Sequence record: EF517113.1
Direction: 5' to 3' (one strand)
Source of the DNA: a phage
DNA length: 555 nt
Shown: piece by piece, positions 1 through 555 of the stretch
Numbering within the stretch: position 1 is the first letter of the stretch
Layout: every line of letters begins with the position of its first letter
The notes under the pieces: model-generated
The model's database searches: none
Told to the model about the DNA's origin: nothing
The model's input: the letters and a program-made list of their open reading frames with translations, nothing else
Made by a program: the position numbers and the translations under genes

Positions 1-29
1 TAGAGTGCATAAAGTATGCATAATGGTGT

Positions 30-37
30 ACCTAAAG
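30..37. repeat. ACCTAAAG short direct repeat copy (T7 end-region short repeat family)
   Basis: Exact 8-mer ACCTAAAG (TACCTAAAG in context), one of five exact copies in the window. Confidence 0.5.
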
Positions 38-96
38 TGACCTCTAAGAATGGTGATTATATTGTATTAGTATCACCTTAACTTAAGGACCAACAT

Positions 97-107
97 AAAG
101 GGAGGAG
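97..107 (+). promoter_or_regulatory. Ribosome-binding site (Shine-Dalgarno AAAGGGAGGAG) for the downstream small ORF
   Basis: Seen in sequence: GGGAGG at 100-105, a near-perfect match to the anti-SD complement, with a 6-nt spacer (106-111) before the ATG at 112-114. Confidence 0.75.
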
Positions 108-111
108 ACTC

Positions 112-261
112 ATGTTTCGCTTATTGTTGAACCTACTGCGGCATAGAGTCACCTACCGATTTCTTGTGGTACTTTGTGTTGCCCTTGGGTACGCATCTCT
201 TACTGGAGACCTCAGTTCACTGGAGTCTGTCGTTTGCTCTATACTCACTTGTAGCGATTAG
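112..261 (+). CDS. 19.5: T7 gene 19.5-like small protein, 49 aa, function unknown (hydrophobic, possibly membrane-associated)
   Basis: ATG at 112 with strong SD upstream; open frame to TAG at 259-261. Translation: MFRLLLNLLRHRVTYRFLVVLCVALGYASLTGDLSSLESVVCSILTCSD. Length, position relative to the terminal repeat (ATG 389 bp before repeat start) and sequence match my recollection of T7 gp19.5. Not verified by search. Confidence 0.8.
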   Translation: MFRLLLNLLRHRVTYRFLVVLCVALGYASLTGDLSSLESVVCSILTCSD

Positions 262-342
262 GGTCTTTCTGACCGACTGATGGCTCACCGAGGGATTCAG
301 CGATATGATTGCATCACACCACTTCATCCCTATAGAGTCAAA

Positions 343-400
343 TCCTAAGGTATACCCATAAAGAGCCTCTAATGATCTATCCTAAGGTCTATACCTAAAG
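343..400. repeat. Imperfect 21-bp direct repeat pair (343-363 and 380-400, 37-bp period), each ending in a (C)CTAAAG-type motif
   Basis: Seen in sequence: TCCTAAGGTATACCCATAAAG vs TCCTAAGGTCTATACCTAAAG, 17/21 identical ungapped, with the 10-mer ATCCTAAGGT exact at 342-351 and 379-388. The second copy ends in an exact ACCTAAAG (393-400). Confidence 0.55.
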
Positions 401-421
401 ATAGGCCATCCTATCAGTGTC

Positions 422-429
422 ACCTAAAG
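422..429. repeat. ACCTAAAG short direct repeat copy
   Basis: Exact 8-mer ACCTAAAG (CACCTAAAGAGGG in context). Confidence 0.5.
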
Positions 430-500
430 AGGGTCTTAGAGAGGGCCTATGGAGTTCCTATAGGGTCCTTTAAAATATACCATAAAAATCTGAGTGACTA

Positions 501-555
501 TCTCACAGTGTACGAACCTAAAGTTCCCCCATAGGGGGTACCTAAAGCCCAGCCA
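501..555. repeat. Start of the direct terminal repeat of a T7-like genome (partial; continues beyond window)
   Basis: TCTCACAGTGTACGAACCTAAAGTTCCCCCATAGGGGGTACCTAAAGCCCAGCCA matches, from memory, the first 55 nt of the T7 genome / 160-bp terminal repeat, with one apparent difference at 515. Contains two ACCTAAAG copies (516-523, 540-547) flanking a GC hairpin. The second repeat copy cannot be seen in this window. Confidence 0.7.
526..538. other. Short GC hairpin / inverted repeat CCCCC-ATA-GGGGG inside the terminal repeat
   Basis: Seen in sequence: five C (526-530), loop ATA (531-533), five G (534-538), giving a perfect 5-bp G:C stem. Confidence 0.5.

Noticed and set aside
50-95. Possible sigma70-type promoter in the AT-rich leader (e.g. 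TTGTAT at 64-69)
   Set aside because: No convincing -35/-10 pair with 16-18 bp spacing could be identified by eye; late T7 genes are transcribed by T7 RNA polymerase.
238-254. Plus-strand ACTCACT core (TCTATACTCACTTGTAG) resembling part of a T7 promoter, inside gene 19.5
   Set aside because: Only the 7-mer core matches; the flanking TATAGGGAGA and upstream TAATACG are absent. Likely chance.
262-274. Possible terminator hairpin after the 19.5 stop (GGTC-TTTCT-GACC)
   Set aside because: Only a 4-bp stem and no following U-tract, so not a credible intrinsic terminator.
217-327. Antisense ORF (minus strand, about 36 codons) overlapping gene 19.5
   Set aside because: Short, no evident RBS, antisense to a well-supported gene, and no leftward genes are known in T7-group phages; this check was done by eye, not exhaustively.
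327-342. T7-promoter-like fragment on the minus strand (reverse complement TTTGACTCTATAGGGA)
   Set aside because: Matches only the -7 to +4 part of the class III consensus (with a mismatch at -7, or a 2-nt gap if aligned further) and lacks the -17 to -8 specificity region. It would drive leftward transcription, which T7-group phages do not use.
280-348. Short + strand ORF (ATG 280 to TAA 346-348, 22 aa) downstream of 19.5
   Set aside because: Very short, no Shine-Dalgarno upstream, and overlaps the repeat-rich non-coding region.
457-464. 8-bp perfect palindrome CCTATAGG (a second pentameric C/G palindrome is at 526-538)
   Set aside because: Short palindromes of this size are expected by chance in 555 bp. 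It contains the TATAGG promoter core but no other promoter features.
30-547. CRISPR-like array suggested by the recurring ACCTAAAG motif
   Set aside because: Repeats are only 7-8 bp with irregular spacing; CRISPR repeats are about 24-48 bp with regular spacers. This matches the known short-repeat arrays of T7 genome ends.
1-555. A novel defence, toxin or other undescribed multi-gene system
   Set aside because: The window holds a single 49-aa gene and terminal non-coding DNA that match a well-known phage genome end; there is no room or signal for an additional system.

Overview
This window is recognisably the right end of a T7-like podophage genome (Teseptimavirus; from memory it corresponds to roughly 39.28-39.83 kb of the T7 reference), not a novel system. 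It holds one small + strand gene, the T7 gene 19.5 homologue (112-261, 49 aa) with a strong Shine-Dalgarno, then about 240 bp of non-coding DNA rich in ACCTAAAG/CCTAAGG short repeats. From position 501 the sequence matches the first 55 nt of the T7 direct terminal repeat (TCTCACAGTGTACG...CCCAGCCA), which runs off the window edge. No rRNA, tRNA, CRISPR array, mobile element or convincing promoter is present; the class III promoter phiOR that precedes 19.5 in T7 should lie just upstream of position 1. All T7 comparisons are from memory and need an alignment to confirm.
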